Shown: positions 8,091-17,814, counted from the first letter of the stretch. The stretch: DNA of 64,000 nucleotides from Candidatus Latescibacterota bacterium (GCA_965243025.1 CBDETY010000003.1:2944001-3008000), one strand, 5' to 3'. Notes: generated by a model from the letters alone, not told the origin. Translations and numbers: made by a program.

Positions 8091-11065
8091 TGATGCGGTC
8101 CCGGAGTCGCGGGTCATCCCACGGGCTCGTATTCCTCACACTGTTCGCGGCGTTCCACTCAATCCGCGGCCCCGTCTCCGCTCAGGAGGAATACGGATAC
8201 CGCCTGGGAAACCAGGTTCCGGGGGGGTACGCATACCGGCCCGCCGGCGTACCGATTTACGCTCATACCCTCGATCCCACCGTTCACCGCTGGTATCTGC
8301 CGCAGATCTTTTTCCGCGAGTACGGTCGCAGGCAGTGGGAATACACGAACTACGCTTCGCTGAGATTCAACCGCCCTGTGAATGCTTCCCTTCCCGGGGA
8401 GGACTTCTACGACTTCTACGGCGACTACGTCACTCGCGGATGGCTCGTTTACGACTGGCGGCAGAGCCAACCGCGCATTGCCGAGAGTTCGTCCATCACC
8501 CAGACAACCCGCTACAGGGACTGGTTCCAGCGGCTGGTCATCTCATCGGACCGCAAGGGCGACCTCGCCTTGTCCTTCATGGTCGGAGACGAGATCGCCA
8601 CTACGCTGACCCCGATGACCTTCCGCAAGGCCGGGTTCAACGGGGTGGTGACCAGCCTCTCCACCGATCGCCTGCGGGCGACCGGTGTTTTCTCCAGAGT
8701 CAGCGATCCCGTCTTCTTCGGGACGGCGAGATTCCAGCAGATGACGAACCTCGGAGGCGGGCGCCTCGAGGCCCTCGTCAACGATGCTCTCACCCTCGGC
8801 TTTACGTTTGTCAACAGTCACAACAATCGCGGCGGACTGGATAGCTTCGAAGGGAACCCCTTCAGGGGGTTTCTCTCGGCAGAGCAGACCGCCCAGCGCC
8901 CCAACTTCATCGTCCTCCAGCTGACCGATGATTCCCCCGAAGACAATGAAGGCGGTGCCGTGCTCGTAAGCCACGATGTGGAATTCAGGACCCGGGTTCC
9001 GGTTGAATCCCTGGTGGGGGACTCCGTGGTCACGGTGTTTCGGGATACCGTCCTCCTGGGCAGGAACGTCGGCTTCGAGCCATCGATAGAGGGGGGAAGG
9101 CTGCGCCAGGGACTGCGCCGGGCAGATGGAGCGGACAGGATCGTAATGAGGTACTACCTCGGCCCGACCCCCGATCTGCCCGACGAGGAACAACTCCTGA
9201 CCCTTCAACCCCTGCTCGAGAAGGCGCTCCTTCTTGACATGGCAGCCTCGGAACAGGTCGTCGCCGATATCGAAGAGGTCCGTTTCCGGTTGGTCCTGGC
9301 GAACGACTACAAACTGGAGATGTCGTCCGATCACCAGACGGACCGCGACGGGGTGCCCCGATTCCGTTTGGTGACCCGCGCGGACGGCAACACCAAGGAT
9401 CTAGTGAATCAGCGGGAAGTCATCTTCAGCTACGGCCTGCCGACAGCAACCCAGATCTACGGTTTCACCGCCGAATTGAGGGACTTCCACGGTCTGGATG
9501 TCTACGGGGAGGTGAATTTCAATACGGAATACCGGAAGTACCCAACCCCGGACCGAACCTCCCGGTCCGCTGTGTCCGGAATCCGGGGCGACCCCAAGTC
9601 GCTCGGTTTCATGCTCAACGCCTCGTGGAAGCGAGGGCCGTGGTCCGTTTTCGGCGAGGCTTTCGGTATGGAAGACGGGTATACCACTTCGGTGCTGCCC
9701 ATGGATCGTTCCGGCCAGCCAGACTTCTCGCCTGAGAACACCCACCTCCTCTACGATTTCGTCGACGACAACGACGACCATGACCGCCATCCGGATCAAC
9801 GCCGCTTCGGGCAGGGGGCTCTGGTCCCCATCCGGGGCAGTCGTCTGACGGCCTCCATCGACGAACGAGGCGTCGCGGACCCCGAGGTATTTCCCGGGTA
9901 TGACGAAAACGGAGACTTTATTTCCGATTTCAACCAGAACAACAACCCGGAACGGCCGAACTTCTTCCCGGATTACGACGAGCCTTTCGTGCGCTACCGT
10001 TCAGACCGGCCCGAGTTCCTCTTCGGGATCGACCTCAACAACAACGGTTGGGCCGAGCGGTTCGAAAACGACGACGAGCCCGACTATCCGTACAAGAAAG
10101 ACCACTGGGGGTACAACCTGTTCGGCAGCGTGCGGGCCGGGCCGGAGGGCAAACTGACGGTGGGCCGGTTGCGGCAGGATCGGCGGAAATCCCACGAGCA
10201 GAACCACACGGACTACCTCATGGCCAGCTTCGTGAGCCGCGACTCCGGCAAAGGCCGCATCCGGGTATACGAAATGTTTAAACGGGCGGAGGACACCATA
10301 GCCGACAACCTCGTGCAGTGGATCGTTCCGGAGTCAACCACCGGCGACCCGTCCGCTTCCTCCGGGCGACTTCAGGCGGTGCCCGACCTGTTGGCCGCCC
10401 AGGACACCTGGATCAACACACTGTATGCGGACTGGCAGTCCGGCACGTCGCGGGTGTGGTCGACGTTGCACCGGTTCAAGTGGGAGACCTGGCGACAGCG
10501 CGACACGGAGGTCACTTACCAGATCGATGAAGGGGGCAACCGCGTCCTCGACGAAATCGGCGACCCCGTGGTTCTCTTCGATCCCCTCGGGCCGGAGGGC
10601 CGCAACGGCCGGCAGACCTCCGGTTTCATCGGCATGATAAACAAGGCCGAATACCTTCACCTGTGGCGGTCACTGCTGTTGAACCCGCGCTTCAAGAGCG
10701 AGCTGTTGCGGGTGACTCCTTTCAGCCGGAGTGTCGACAAACGCCGCAGCTGGGACGGAATCCTTTTCCTGCAGGCGGAAATCCCGGTCTTGCAATCGAG
10801 CCGCGTCCGGCTGGGATGGGAGCAGCGGTACTTCAGCGACCTGCGCGATGAAGACGACGTGCCGCCCGGCAGACGAACCGGCGATTTCCGGGGAACCGCC
10901 CTGGCCGTCCAGGTGACCAACGTCAGCGATTACCTCGGCTATGCATTGACTACCCAGGTGGGGATGCGCGTCGACCGTCGTTCTTTCGAAATCTCGGAGA
11001 ATGAAAACGACATTTCGACCTCCGGCCTCGTCTTCCTCTCCATGTTCGCCTCTCTGCGTGAGTAA
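8087..11065 (+). CDS. Large secreted or outer-membrane hypothetical protein, paralogue 2
   Basis: Start overlaps the upstream stop (GTGA). Signal peptide ending ...PVSA|QEE. Same conserved blocks as 5265 and 20136. Confidence 0.85.
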   Translation: MMMRSRSRGSSHGLVFLTLFAAFHSIRGPVSAQEEYGYRLGNQVPGGYAYRPAGVPIYAHTLDPTVHRWYLPQIFFREYGRRQWEYTNYASLRFNRPVNASLPGEDFYDFYGDYVTRGWLVYDWRQSQPRIAESSSITQTTRYRDWFQRLVISSDRKGDLALSFMVGDEIATTLTPMTFRKAGFNGVVTSLSTDRLRATGVFSRVSDPVFFGTARFQQMTNLGGGRLEALVNDALTLGFTFVNSHNNRGGLDSFEGNPFRGFLSAEQTAQRPNFIVLQLTDDSPEDNEGGAVLVSHDVEFRTRVPVESLVGDSVVTVFRDTVLLGRNVGFEPSIEGGRLRQGLRRADGADRIVMRYYLGPTPDLPDEEQLLTLQPLLEKALLLDMAASEQVVADIEEVRFRLVLANDYKLEMSSDHQTDRDGVPRFRLVTRADGNTKDLVNQREVIFSYGLPTATQIYGFTAELRDFHGLDVYGEVNFNTEYRKYPTPDRTSRSAVSGIRGDPKSLGFMLNASWKRGPWSVFGEAFGMEDGYTTSVLPMDRSGQPDFSPENTHLLYDFVDDNDDHDRHPDQRRFGQGALVPIRGSRLTASIDERGVADPEVFPGYDENGDFISDFNQNNNPERPNFFPDYDEPFVRYRSDRPEFLFGIDLNNNGWAERFENDDEPDYPYKKDHWGYNLFGSVRAGPEGKLTVGRLRQDRRKSHEQNHTDYLMASFVSRDSGKGRIRVYEMFKRAEDTIADNLVQWIVPESTTGDPSASSGRLQAVPDLLAAQDTWINTLYADWQSGTSRVWSTLHRFKWETWRQRDTEVTYQIDEGGNRVLDEIGDPVVLFDPLGPEGRNGRQTSGFIGMINKAEYLHLWRSLLLNPRFKSELLRVTPFSRSVDKRRSWDGILFLQAEIPVLQSSRVRLGWEQRYFSDLRDEDDVPPGRRTGDFRGTALAVQVTNVSDYLGYALTTQVGMRVDRRSFEISENENDISTSGLVFLSMFASLRE

Positions 11066-11110
11066 AGTCCTTTACCGGGGTGCGCCAAGAACCCTGTCTA
11101 CCCAGTTCCC

Positions 11111-13093
11111 ATGATATCCCACTGGTTGTGCCTGGCAGTGAATCTGCCTGTGGGATTGGCCTGTGCAGTGGAGACCGGTGCCCTGACGATCTATCGGATC
11201 GGCGGGGAGAACATGCCGCCTCCTGATCCAGACTCCCTGGATGCGCCGTCCGAGTCAGTGCAGTTCGTTCAGCTGTCGTGGGACGAGCTGGACGAGCCGC
11301 CCTTCGGCCGCTCTCATCTCGTCGACATCCGCCCGGATTCCATCCGCCCCGACTTCGTGGAGAACCGGAACCTGATGCCGGAGGTCGAAGACAGGGGAGG
11401 CCTCATCCGCGCCCGTTCCAATGGACGGGGGGCCTACGGCTATGACAAGGCCATGACCGTCATTTACGACAGGAACCCCAAGACCGCCTATCGCGGCCAG
11501 CCGCCGATGGCCCGCTGGGCAAGCGACATTGCGATTGCCGGAGCCCCGTACTGCGTTGGAGAACCGAATCTCTGCAAGTACGTGTGGGTTTCCCTGGCCG
11601 GCGCCTACCCCCTCCAGCGCATCAGCATCTATCCCTCCCCTGGAAACGAGGATCGCCGCTTCATCCCGACCTACACCCTGGGGATCAGCGACGGCGATCC
11701 CCTGAAAGCCGGTACCCGCGAACGGTCGATCGCCGATGAGTCCGACCTCCCTGTCGATTTCCTCGCCGATTTCGACCTGGTGGCTGAAGTTCTTGAAAAC
11801 AGGGAACCGGTGCTCGAGTTCGAATTCGTCGGCGAGCCGGTACAGGAGGTCCTCTTCATCGCCCCGGTAGGGGATTGGGAGATTGCGGAGTTCGAGATTT
11901 ACGCCGACGGTTTCGCGGTGAACTCCGACTACGCCTCCAGTGTGATCGATCTCGGGCAAGCCGCCACCCTGGGGCCCTTCACCTGGTCGGGCGCACTCCA
12001 CCCCGGAGCCCGCCTCGACCTGAGGGTGCGCAGCGGCGGCACACCCGATCCCCACATCTACTACCGCAACACCTTCCGCGGGGCCGAGCGCAGCCGCTAC
12101 AATGCCGAGGGAAGCCCCCTCGTACGAAGCACCTACTTCAACCTGGAGGCGGGGGAGCAGGGCGGCATCGTTCCCGATGTCGAAAACTGGTCTCCCTGGA
12201 GTTCGCCCCTGAAATTCAGCGCCCGGGCAGCCGACTTCGCCACCCCACGGCCCCGACGCTACCTGCAGTTCAGGGCCGACTTCCATTCCGGCGGACGCCT
12301 CGATTACCTCCAGTTCCCGGTCACTCAGCCCCCCGTGGCGACCCGTGCCGTGGCCGAGATCGAACCGGCTCGCGTCCACGCCGGACAGACCAGCCGATTC
12401 CGCTATCTCCTCCTCCCCGATATCCGCGTCGGCGATCAGGGCTTCGACCGCATCGAGATTGCAGCGCCTTCCCGCATCGACCGCGTCGAATCGGTCGCCA
12501 TCGATGGCGTCTCCCTCGAACCGGCGCAGTGGCAGGCGGACATCGAAACCGGCGCCTTCGTCGTCCACATTCCCAGAAGAAACGAACGCGACACCCAGGA
12601 CCTGATCGAAATCGTCTTCCACGCCCGCATCTTCGACTACGGCACGGTGTTCGACGGCCGCATCTACGACAGCACCCGCCCCTGGGAAGTGCCGCAGGCC
12701 CTGGAGCCGGGGGATGCCGCCTTTCTGGCCGACAGCAACTCCCTTACCGTCGAGCTCATCGAGGTCGGACAGCAGGTGCTGGGCGCCATCGAACTCTCCG
12801 GCTCCTCGTTCACCCCCAACGGCGACGGCGTCAACGACCAGCTCGACATCCGCTTCGACCTCGTCAACCTCTCGGCCCCCGTGCCGGTAAACCTGGAGGT
12901 GTTCGATCTGGCCGGGACACGCCGCACCCAACGGCCCCTGGCGCAGCGGGGCAGCGGACCCCATTCCGTCTTCTGGGACGGCAGGGACGACAGCGGCCGG
13001 ATCCTGCCTCCCGGCCTCTACCTCCTCAGACTCGACGTCGATACCGACAACCATACCTTCACCGCCAGCCGCGTCGTCTCCCTGGCGTATTGA
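11111..13093 (+). CDS. Secreted discoidin-like/FlgD-Ig domain protein
   Basis: Signal-like N-terminus, ALTIYRIGGE, C-terminal FTPNGDGVND...WDGRDD...PPGLY...VSLAY. Confidence 0.88.
   Translation: MISHWLCLAVNLPVGLACAVETGALTIYRIGGENMPPPDPDSLDAPSESVQFVQLSWDELDEPPFGRSHLVDIRPDSIRPDFVENRNLMPEVEDRGGLIRARSNGRGAYGYDKAMTVIYDRNPKTAYRGQPPMARWASDIAIAGAPYCVGEPNLCKYVWVSLAGAYPLQRISIYPSPGNEDRRFIPTYTLGISDGDPLKAGTRERSIADESDLPVDFLADFDLVAEVLENREPVLEFEFVGEPVQEVLFIAPVGDWEIAEFEIYADGFAVNSDYASSVIDLGQAATLGPFTWSGALHPGARLDLRVRSGGTPDPHIYYRNTFRGAERSRYNAEGSPLVRSTYFNLEAGEQGGIVPDVENWSPWSSPLKFSARAADFATPRPRRYLQFRADFHSGGRLDYLQFPVTQPPVATRAVAEIEPARVHAGQTSRFRYLLLPDIRVGDQGFDRIEIAAPSRIDRVESVAIDGVSLEPAQWQADIETGAFVVHIPRRNERDTQDLIEIVFHARIFDYGTVFDGRIYDSTRPWEVPQALEPGDAAFLADSNSLTVELIEVGQQVLGAIELSGSSFTPNGDGVNDQLDIRFDLVNLSAPVPVNLEVFDLAGTRRTQRPLAQRGSGPHSVFWDGRDDSGRILPPGLYLLRLDVDTDNHTFTASRVVSLAY
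11258..11352 (+). repeat. 95-bp identical block shared with 13292..13386
   Basis: GTGCAGTTCGTTCAGCTG...CATCCGCCCCGA is identical in both genes, with diverged flanks. Confidence 0.85.
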
Positions 13094-13095
13094 CG
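11885..13095 (+). repeat. Direct repeat copy 1 (1211 bp, constant 3' region)
   Basis: Matches 13895..15105 at offset 2010. The protein and the shadow-frame translations are identical. Confidence 0.92.
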
Positions 13096-13135
13096 AGGCA
13101 GCGATGAGGCGTGGTGTTTCCCCCCAGATCTCGTA

Positions 13136-15103
13136 GTGATGAGATCCCTGCCCATTCGACGGATGGTACTGAGTTTGTGCGCCACGGCCTGGATGGGGTT
13201 GTCCCAGAGCGCCGCCCTGACGATTTACCGGATCGGCGGAGAAAGCTTACCCCCTCCTGAACCCGACTCCCTGAATGCGCCGCCCGAGTCCGTGCAGTTC
13301 GTTCAGCTGTCGTGGGACGAGCTGGACGAGCCGCCCTTCGGCCGCTCTCATCTCGTCGACATCCGCCCGGATTCCATCCGCCCCGAGTTCCTGCCGGACA
13401 CCTTGAACCTCACGCCGCACATCAGGAACGCAGGTGGAATAATCAATGGGTGGGCGGGATACGGACGGGGGTTCCAGCAGGAACCCGAGATGGCGACGAT
13501 GTGGGACGAGGACTTCGAGACCTACTACGTCGGCCAGGCCCCCTTCATCGGGGATCGCGGCACACCCTATTGCGGCAACACCCGCGACACGGTTTGCAAG
13601 TACGTCTGGGTGACCCTGTCGGGGGTATTTCCACTCCGCTCGGTGCGGGTGTTCCCGCCAACGGGAACCGAGGAGGACAGGCACATCACCACCTACACCC
13701 TCGGTATCAACGACGGGGATCCCCTGAAAATCGGTTTTCGCGAGAGGGAGATACGGTACGAGGGGTACATCAGTGTGGACTTCGACGTCGTCACCGAAGT
13801 CCTCGAGAATACGGACGGCGTGCTCGAGTTCGAGTTTTCGGGCGAGCCGGTACAGAACATCGTCTTCATCGCACAGGTGGGACGCTGGCGAATCGCGGAG
13901 TTCGAGATTTACGCCGACGGTTTCGCGGTGAACTCCGACTACGCCTCCAGTGTGATCGATCTCGGGCAAGCCGCCACCCTGGGGCCCTTCACCTGGTCGG
14001 GCGCACTCCACCCCGGAGCCCGCCTCGACCTGAGGGTGCGCAGCGGCGGCACACCCGATCCCCACATCTACTACCGCAACACCTTCCGCGGGGCCGAGCG
14101 CAGCCGCTACAATGCCGAGGGAAGCCCCCTCGTACGAAGCACCTACTTCAACCTGGAGGCGGGGGAGCAGGGCGGCATCGTTCCCGATGTCGAAAACTGG
14201 TCTCCCTGGAGTTCGCCCCTGAAATTCAGCGCCCGGGCAGCCGACTTCGCCACCCCACGGCCCCGACGCTACCTGCAGTTCAGGGCCGACTTCCATTCCG
14301 GCGGACGCCTCGATTACCTCCAGTTCCCGGTCACTCAGCCCCCCGTGGCGACCCGTGCCGTGGCCGAGATCGAACCGGCTCGCGTCCACGCCGGACAGAC
14401 CAGCCGATTCCGCTATCTCCTCCTCCCCGATATCCGCGTCGGCGATCAGGGCTTCGACCGCATCGAGATTGCAGCGCCTTCCCGCATCGACCGCGTCGAA
14501 TCGGTCGCCATCGATGGCGTCTCCCTCGAACCGGCGCAGTGGCAGGCGGACATCGAAACCGGCGCCTTCGTCGTCCACATTCCCAGAAGAAACGAACGCG
14601 ACACCCAGGACCTGATCGAAATCGTCTTCCACGCCCGCATCTTCGACTACGGCACGGTGTTCGACGGCCGCATCTACGACAGCACCCGCCCCTGGGAAGT
14701 GCCGCAGGCCCTGGAGCCGGGGGATGCCGCCTTTCTGGCCGACAGCAACTCCCTTACCGTCGAGCTCATCGAGGTCGGACAGCAGGTGCTGGGCGCCATC
14801 GAACTCTCCGGCTCCTCGTTCACCCCCAACGGCGACGGCGTCAACGACCAGCTCGACATCCGCTTCGACCTCGTCAACCTCTCGGCCCCCGTGCCGGTAA
14901 ACCTGGAGGTGTTCGATCTGGCCGGGACACGCCGCACCCAACGGCCCCTGGCGCAGCGGGGCAGCGGACCCCATTCCGTCTTCTGGGACGGCAGGGACGA
15001 CAGCGGCCGGATCCTGCCTCCCGGCCTCTACCTCCTCAGACTCGACGTCGATACCGACAACCATACCTTCACCGCCAGCCGCGTCGTCTCCCTGGCGTAT
15101 TGA
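13136..15103 (+). CDS. Secreted discoidin-like/FlgD-Ig domain protein, tandem paralogue
   Basis: Signal peptide, same architecture as 11111, identical C-terminal ~400 aa. Confidence 0.88.
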   Translation: MMRSLPIRRMVLSLCATAWMGLSQSAALTIYRIGGESLPPPEPDSLNAPPESVQFVQLSWDELDEPPFGRSHLVDIRPDSIRPEFLPDTLNLTPHIRNAGGIINGWAGYGRGFQQEPEMATMWDEDFETYYVGQAPFIGDRGTPYCGNTRDTVCKYVWVTLSGVFPLRSVRVFPPTGTEEDRHITTYTLGINDGDPLKIGFREREIRYEGYISVDFDVVTEVLENTDGVLEFEFSGEPVQNIVFIAQVGRWRIAEFEIYADGFAVNSDYASSVIDLGQAATLGPFTWSGALHPGARLDLRVRSGGTPDPHIYYRNTFRGAERSRYNAEGSPLVRSTYFNLEAGEQGGIVPDVENWSPWSSPLKFSARAADFATPRPRRYLQFRADFHSGGRLDYLQFPVTQPPVATRAVAEIEPARVHAGQTSRFRYLLLPDIRVGDQGFDRIEIAAPSRIDRVESVAIDGVSLEPAQWQADIETGAFVVHIPRRNERDTQDLIEIVFHARIFDYGTVFDGRIYDSTRPWEVPQALEPGDAAFLADSNSLTVELIEVGQQVLGAIELSGSSFTPNGDGVNDQLDIRFDLVNLSAPVPVNLEVFDLAGTRRTQRPLAQRGSGPHSVFWDGRDDSGRILPPGLYLLRLDVDTDNHTFTASRVVSLAY

Positions 15104-15105
15104 CG
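13895..15105 (+). repeat. Direct repeat copy 2 (1211 bp)
   Basis: Starts GCGGAGTTCGAGATTTACGCC and ends GCGTATTGACG, as in copy 1. Confidence 0.92.
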
Positions 15106-15114
15106 CCCGCAACC

Positions 15115-17814
15115 GTGCAGAAGAACTTCTACGCCGCCATCGTTTTCGCCCTGGCACCCTTGCTGGTCCCCCCAGGTTCTGAGCTGTGGGGCCAGACAGG
15201 GTACCGGCTTGACCGACCGGCGCGCCAGATCGTCGCCGATACCCCGGAGCACTGGGATCACTGGGTGTTTCCAGTGGAAACAGTGGAGGTACTGGCGGCC
15301 GGTGTGCAACCGAGGCGCTGGACTATGGACTCGAACGCCGCAGACGGCATTGTCGACTTCCTGCGGGAACAGCCTCCCGACCACCTGACCGACAAGCCGC
15401 CAGAAGAGATTACCCTGCTCGACGCTGTCGGCGCGGGTTCGAATCGCGAGGGCGTTCTCAAGGTCCTGGACCGGGACCCGGCCACCTACTGGGAACCTGC
15501 CCCGCTGCCGGAGGGCGCTGATATTCCCTCCCAATGGTGGTTCACCCTCGATCTGGGCCGCGTGGTCGTCCTCAACCGGATCGCGTTGCGCTTCGTCGAC
15601 GAAGAAATGGGCTCGCCGTTCCTGCTGTTCGACGTTCTCACCTCGGACGGTCAGAAACCCCTCGCCGCCGTTGCCGGGGAATCCCTCGAATTCCTGCCCG
15701 TCCTGCAGCTGGTGAAACCCAACACCACCCGGCGTCTGTTCGAAATCGACTTCTCGGACGCGCCAGGCGATGCCCGCGAGAACGTCGCCCGTTACCTGCA
15801 GGTGGTGGTGCGCGGCTCGCGCCTGGACCGCGGCGAAGAGGTCGAGGCCGGCGAATACGAGAGGCTGCCCGAAGAAGAGCGGGGTGCGGTGGAATACATG
15901 AAGCGGCGCAGCGATGGGGGGGAAGTGGCGGTGCCCGAAGAAAACTACCGCAGCCTACCCGAGGACCGGCGGGGACCCATCCGCTACTACCTCCGCGAGC
16001 GCCCTCGCCTGGCCGAGCTCGAGGTCCGGGCGGAAGGTGAAGACCTGGCACGGCGGCTCCTCGACAGGGGTGGCAGCGTCGCCCTCCACCCGGCGGTCGA
16101 ATCCCGCCCGAACAACATGCTCGACGGCGACATTTCCACCTACCTGGGCCTCTACTACACTATCCGACCGGATCTCGAAGTTCTCGCGCCAAATATCGTG
16201 ACGGACCTGGGGGCATTCTTCTGGATCAACAGCCTGCAGATCATCATGAATCTCAGGGGCTCCGGCCACAGTTTCACCTTTGGAGATTTCCAGCTCGACT
16301 TCTCCGACGGCTCCCGGCAGGTCGACGGCAGCCTCCAGTGGGTCACGGCCAAACGGATCGTGCAGGAGCCGGTGGCCAAAGCCAGGGAAACCGTCGTTCT
16401 CGGTCTCCGATTGCACCAATCCCAGATGGAGGCCGAGCGCCATTCCTTCGCACCCGTACGGGCTCGCTACTTCCGGCTGGTGTACGAGAAGGCCGACGAT
16501 GACAGGGTGACGCTGTACCAAGGGATCCACCCGGTATCGGAGTTGCGCATGTTCGGGGAGGGGTATCAACCGCGGGTGAGCCTCGAGTCCCCTCTCATCG
16601 ACCCCCGCGGCACGCGCACGCTGACCGCCATCGAGTGGGACGCCGACACCCCGCCCGGAACTCGCGTCTTACTGCAGACCCGCACCAGCAGCACGAAGTC
16701 GGAAGTGACCCACTATTTCGACCGCCTCGGCAAGGAGGTGACGGCGGAGAGGTACGACAAGCTCAAGGAGCCCAACCCGAAGGTCAAAATCCCCGACAAC
16801 CTCCTGAAAGGGGACATCGTCATCGAGGAGATCATGGGCAGCGACGCCAGCGCCTGGAGCGAGCCGTATCCGGTGTCGGGCAGCCGCATCACCTCGCCGT
16901 CGCCACGCAACTTCGTGCAGATGCGCGCCACCCTGGTCTCGGACAGCCCCGAGGCGGCCGCCACCCTGCGCAGCGTGCGCCTGAAGTACGCCGAGCCGCT
17001 GGCGCAGCGCTTTCTGGGGGAGGTGACTCCGGCTCGGGTCGAGTCCCTGGCCGTCGAGCGGCCGTTTTCCCTGTACGTGCGTCCCGACTTCGGGCGCGCC
17101 AACCCCGGGTTCGACGGGCTCCTGCTGACCGCTCCGGACGGCCTCAGCCTGGAGGGCTTCACCCGCCTGCTGGCCGGACCGGAGCAGGAGCTGACAGCGG
17201 CCGGCGATCCGTCCTCCTTTGTCCTGACCGACGCCGTCCAGCTCGGGCCGGCCGGGGACAGTCTGCTGGTTTCCTTTCCCCTCATCGAGCCGGACGCCGA
17301 CCTGGAAGTGCTTCGCCTCGACTTCACGGGGCGGTTGTATTCGATTGGCGGGCAGGTGCAGGCGTTTGCCCGGTTTTCCGGCGAGGGGGAGACGGTCTGG
17401 CAGCAGGTGGACGGGGGCAATGCCGTCGAGGGGGTCGACAGCAACCGCCTGCTGGTGGTGGGGGTGCAGGAGCGCCGGCAGCTGATGACGGCGTTCGAGC
17501 TTCCCGCTGCGTTCACGCCGAACGGGGACGGGGTCAACGACGAGGCGGTGTTCCGCTTCGCGGTGGTGCTGGTGGGGGCCAGTCGTGCGGTGGCGGTCAG
17601 CGTCTTCGACCTGAGCGGCCGGTTGGTGCGCACCCTGCGCCAGCGGGAAGAGGTGAGCGCGGGCACCTACGAGATGAGGTGGGACGGAGCCGACGCCGGC
17701 GGGGTGCGGGTGCCCCCGGGGGTGTATGCCCTGCGCTTTCAGGTGGAGGCGGACGAGGCGGGGGCCGGCCTCGACGGGCGCGAGGTCATTCGAACCGTCG
17801 CCGTCGCCTACTAG
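15115..17814 (+). CDS. Secreted double-discoidin/FlgD-Ig protein, paralogue of 895..3567
   Basis: GTG 15115 gives VQKNFYAAIVFALAPLL..GSELWGQTGYRLDR, which aligns with the N-terminus of the 895..3567 protein. The 1500-aa track ORF is an upstream frame extension. Confidence 0.87.
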   Translation: MQKNFYAAIVFALAPLLVPPGSELWGQTGYRLDRPARQIVADTPEHWDHWVFPVETVEVLAAGVQPRRWTMDSNAADGIVDFLREQPPDHLTDKPPEEITLLDAVGAGSNREGVLKVLDRDPATYWEPAPLPEGADIPSQWWFTLDLGRVVVLNRIALRFVDEEMGSPFLLFDVLTSDGQKPLAAVAGESLEFLPVLQLVKPNTTRRLFEIDFSDAPGDARENVARYLQVVVRGSRLDRGEEVEAGEYERLPEEERGAVEYMKRRSDGGEVAVPEENYRSLPEDRRGPIRYYLRERPRLAELEVRAEGEDLARRLLDRGGSVALHPAVESRPNNMLDGDISTYLGLYYTIRPDLEVLAPNIVTDLGAFFWINSLQIIMNLRGSGHSFTFGDFQLDFSDGSRQVDGSLQWVTAKRIVQEPVAKARETVVLGLRLHQSQMEAERHSFAPVRARYFRLVYEKADDDRVTLYQGIHPVSELRMFGEGYQPRVSLESPLIDPRGTRTLTAIEWDADTPPGTRVLLQTRTSSTKSEVTHYFDRLGKEVTAERYDKLKEPNPKVKIPDNLLKGDIVIEEIMGSDASAWSEPYPVSGSRITSPSPRNFVQMRATLVSDSPEAAATLRSVRLKYAEPLAQRFLGEVTPARVESLAVERPFSLYVRPDFGRANPGFDGLLLTAPDGLSLEGFTRLLAGPEQELTAAGDPSSFVLTDAVQLGPAGDSLLVSFPLIEPDADLEVLRLDFTGRLYSIGGQVQAFARFSGEGETVWQQVDGGNAVEGVDSNRLLVVGVQERRQLMTAFELPAAFTPNGDGVNDEAVFRFAVVLVGASRAVAVSVFDLSGRLVRTLRQREEVSAGTYEMRWDGADAGGVRVPPGVYALRFQVEADEAGAGLDGREVIRTVAVAY
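16832..17812 (+). repeat. Inverted repeat copy B (~981 bp)
   Basis: Reverse complement of 897..1877. Confidence 0.9.

Noticed and set aside
13312-15114. 1500-aa ORF 13312..17814 as a giant fusion protein
   Set aside because: The first 601 codons are an Arg/Pro-rich off-frame read of the 13136 gene; homology to the 895 paralogue begins at GTG 15115
11255-15157. Long antisense ORFs (599 and 636 aa, and similar at 34751, 39257, 47743, 61336)
   Set aside because: Typical stop-poor shadow frames of high-GC coding DNA, with no motifs or plausible starts
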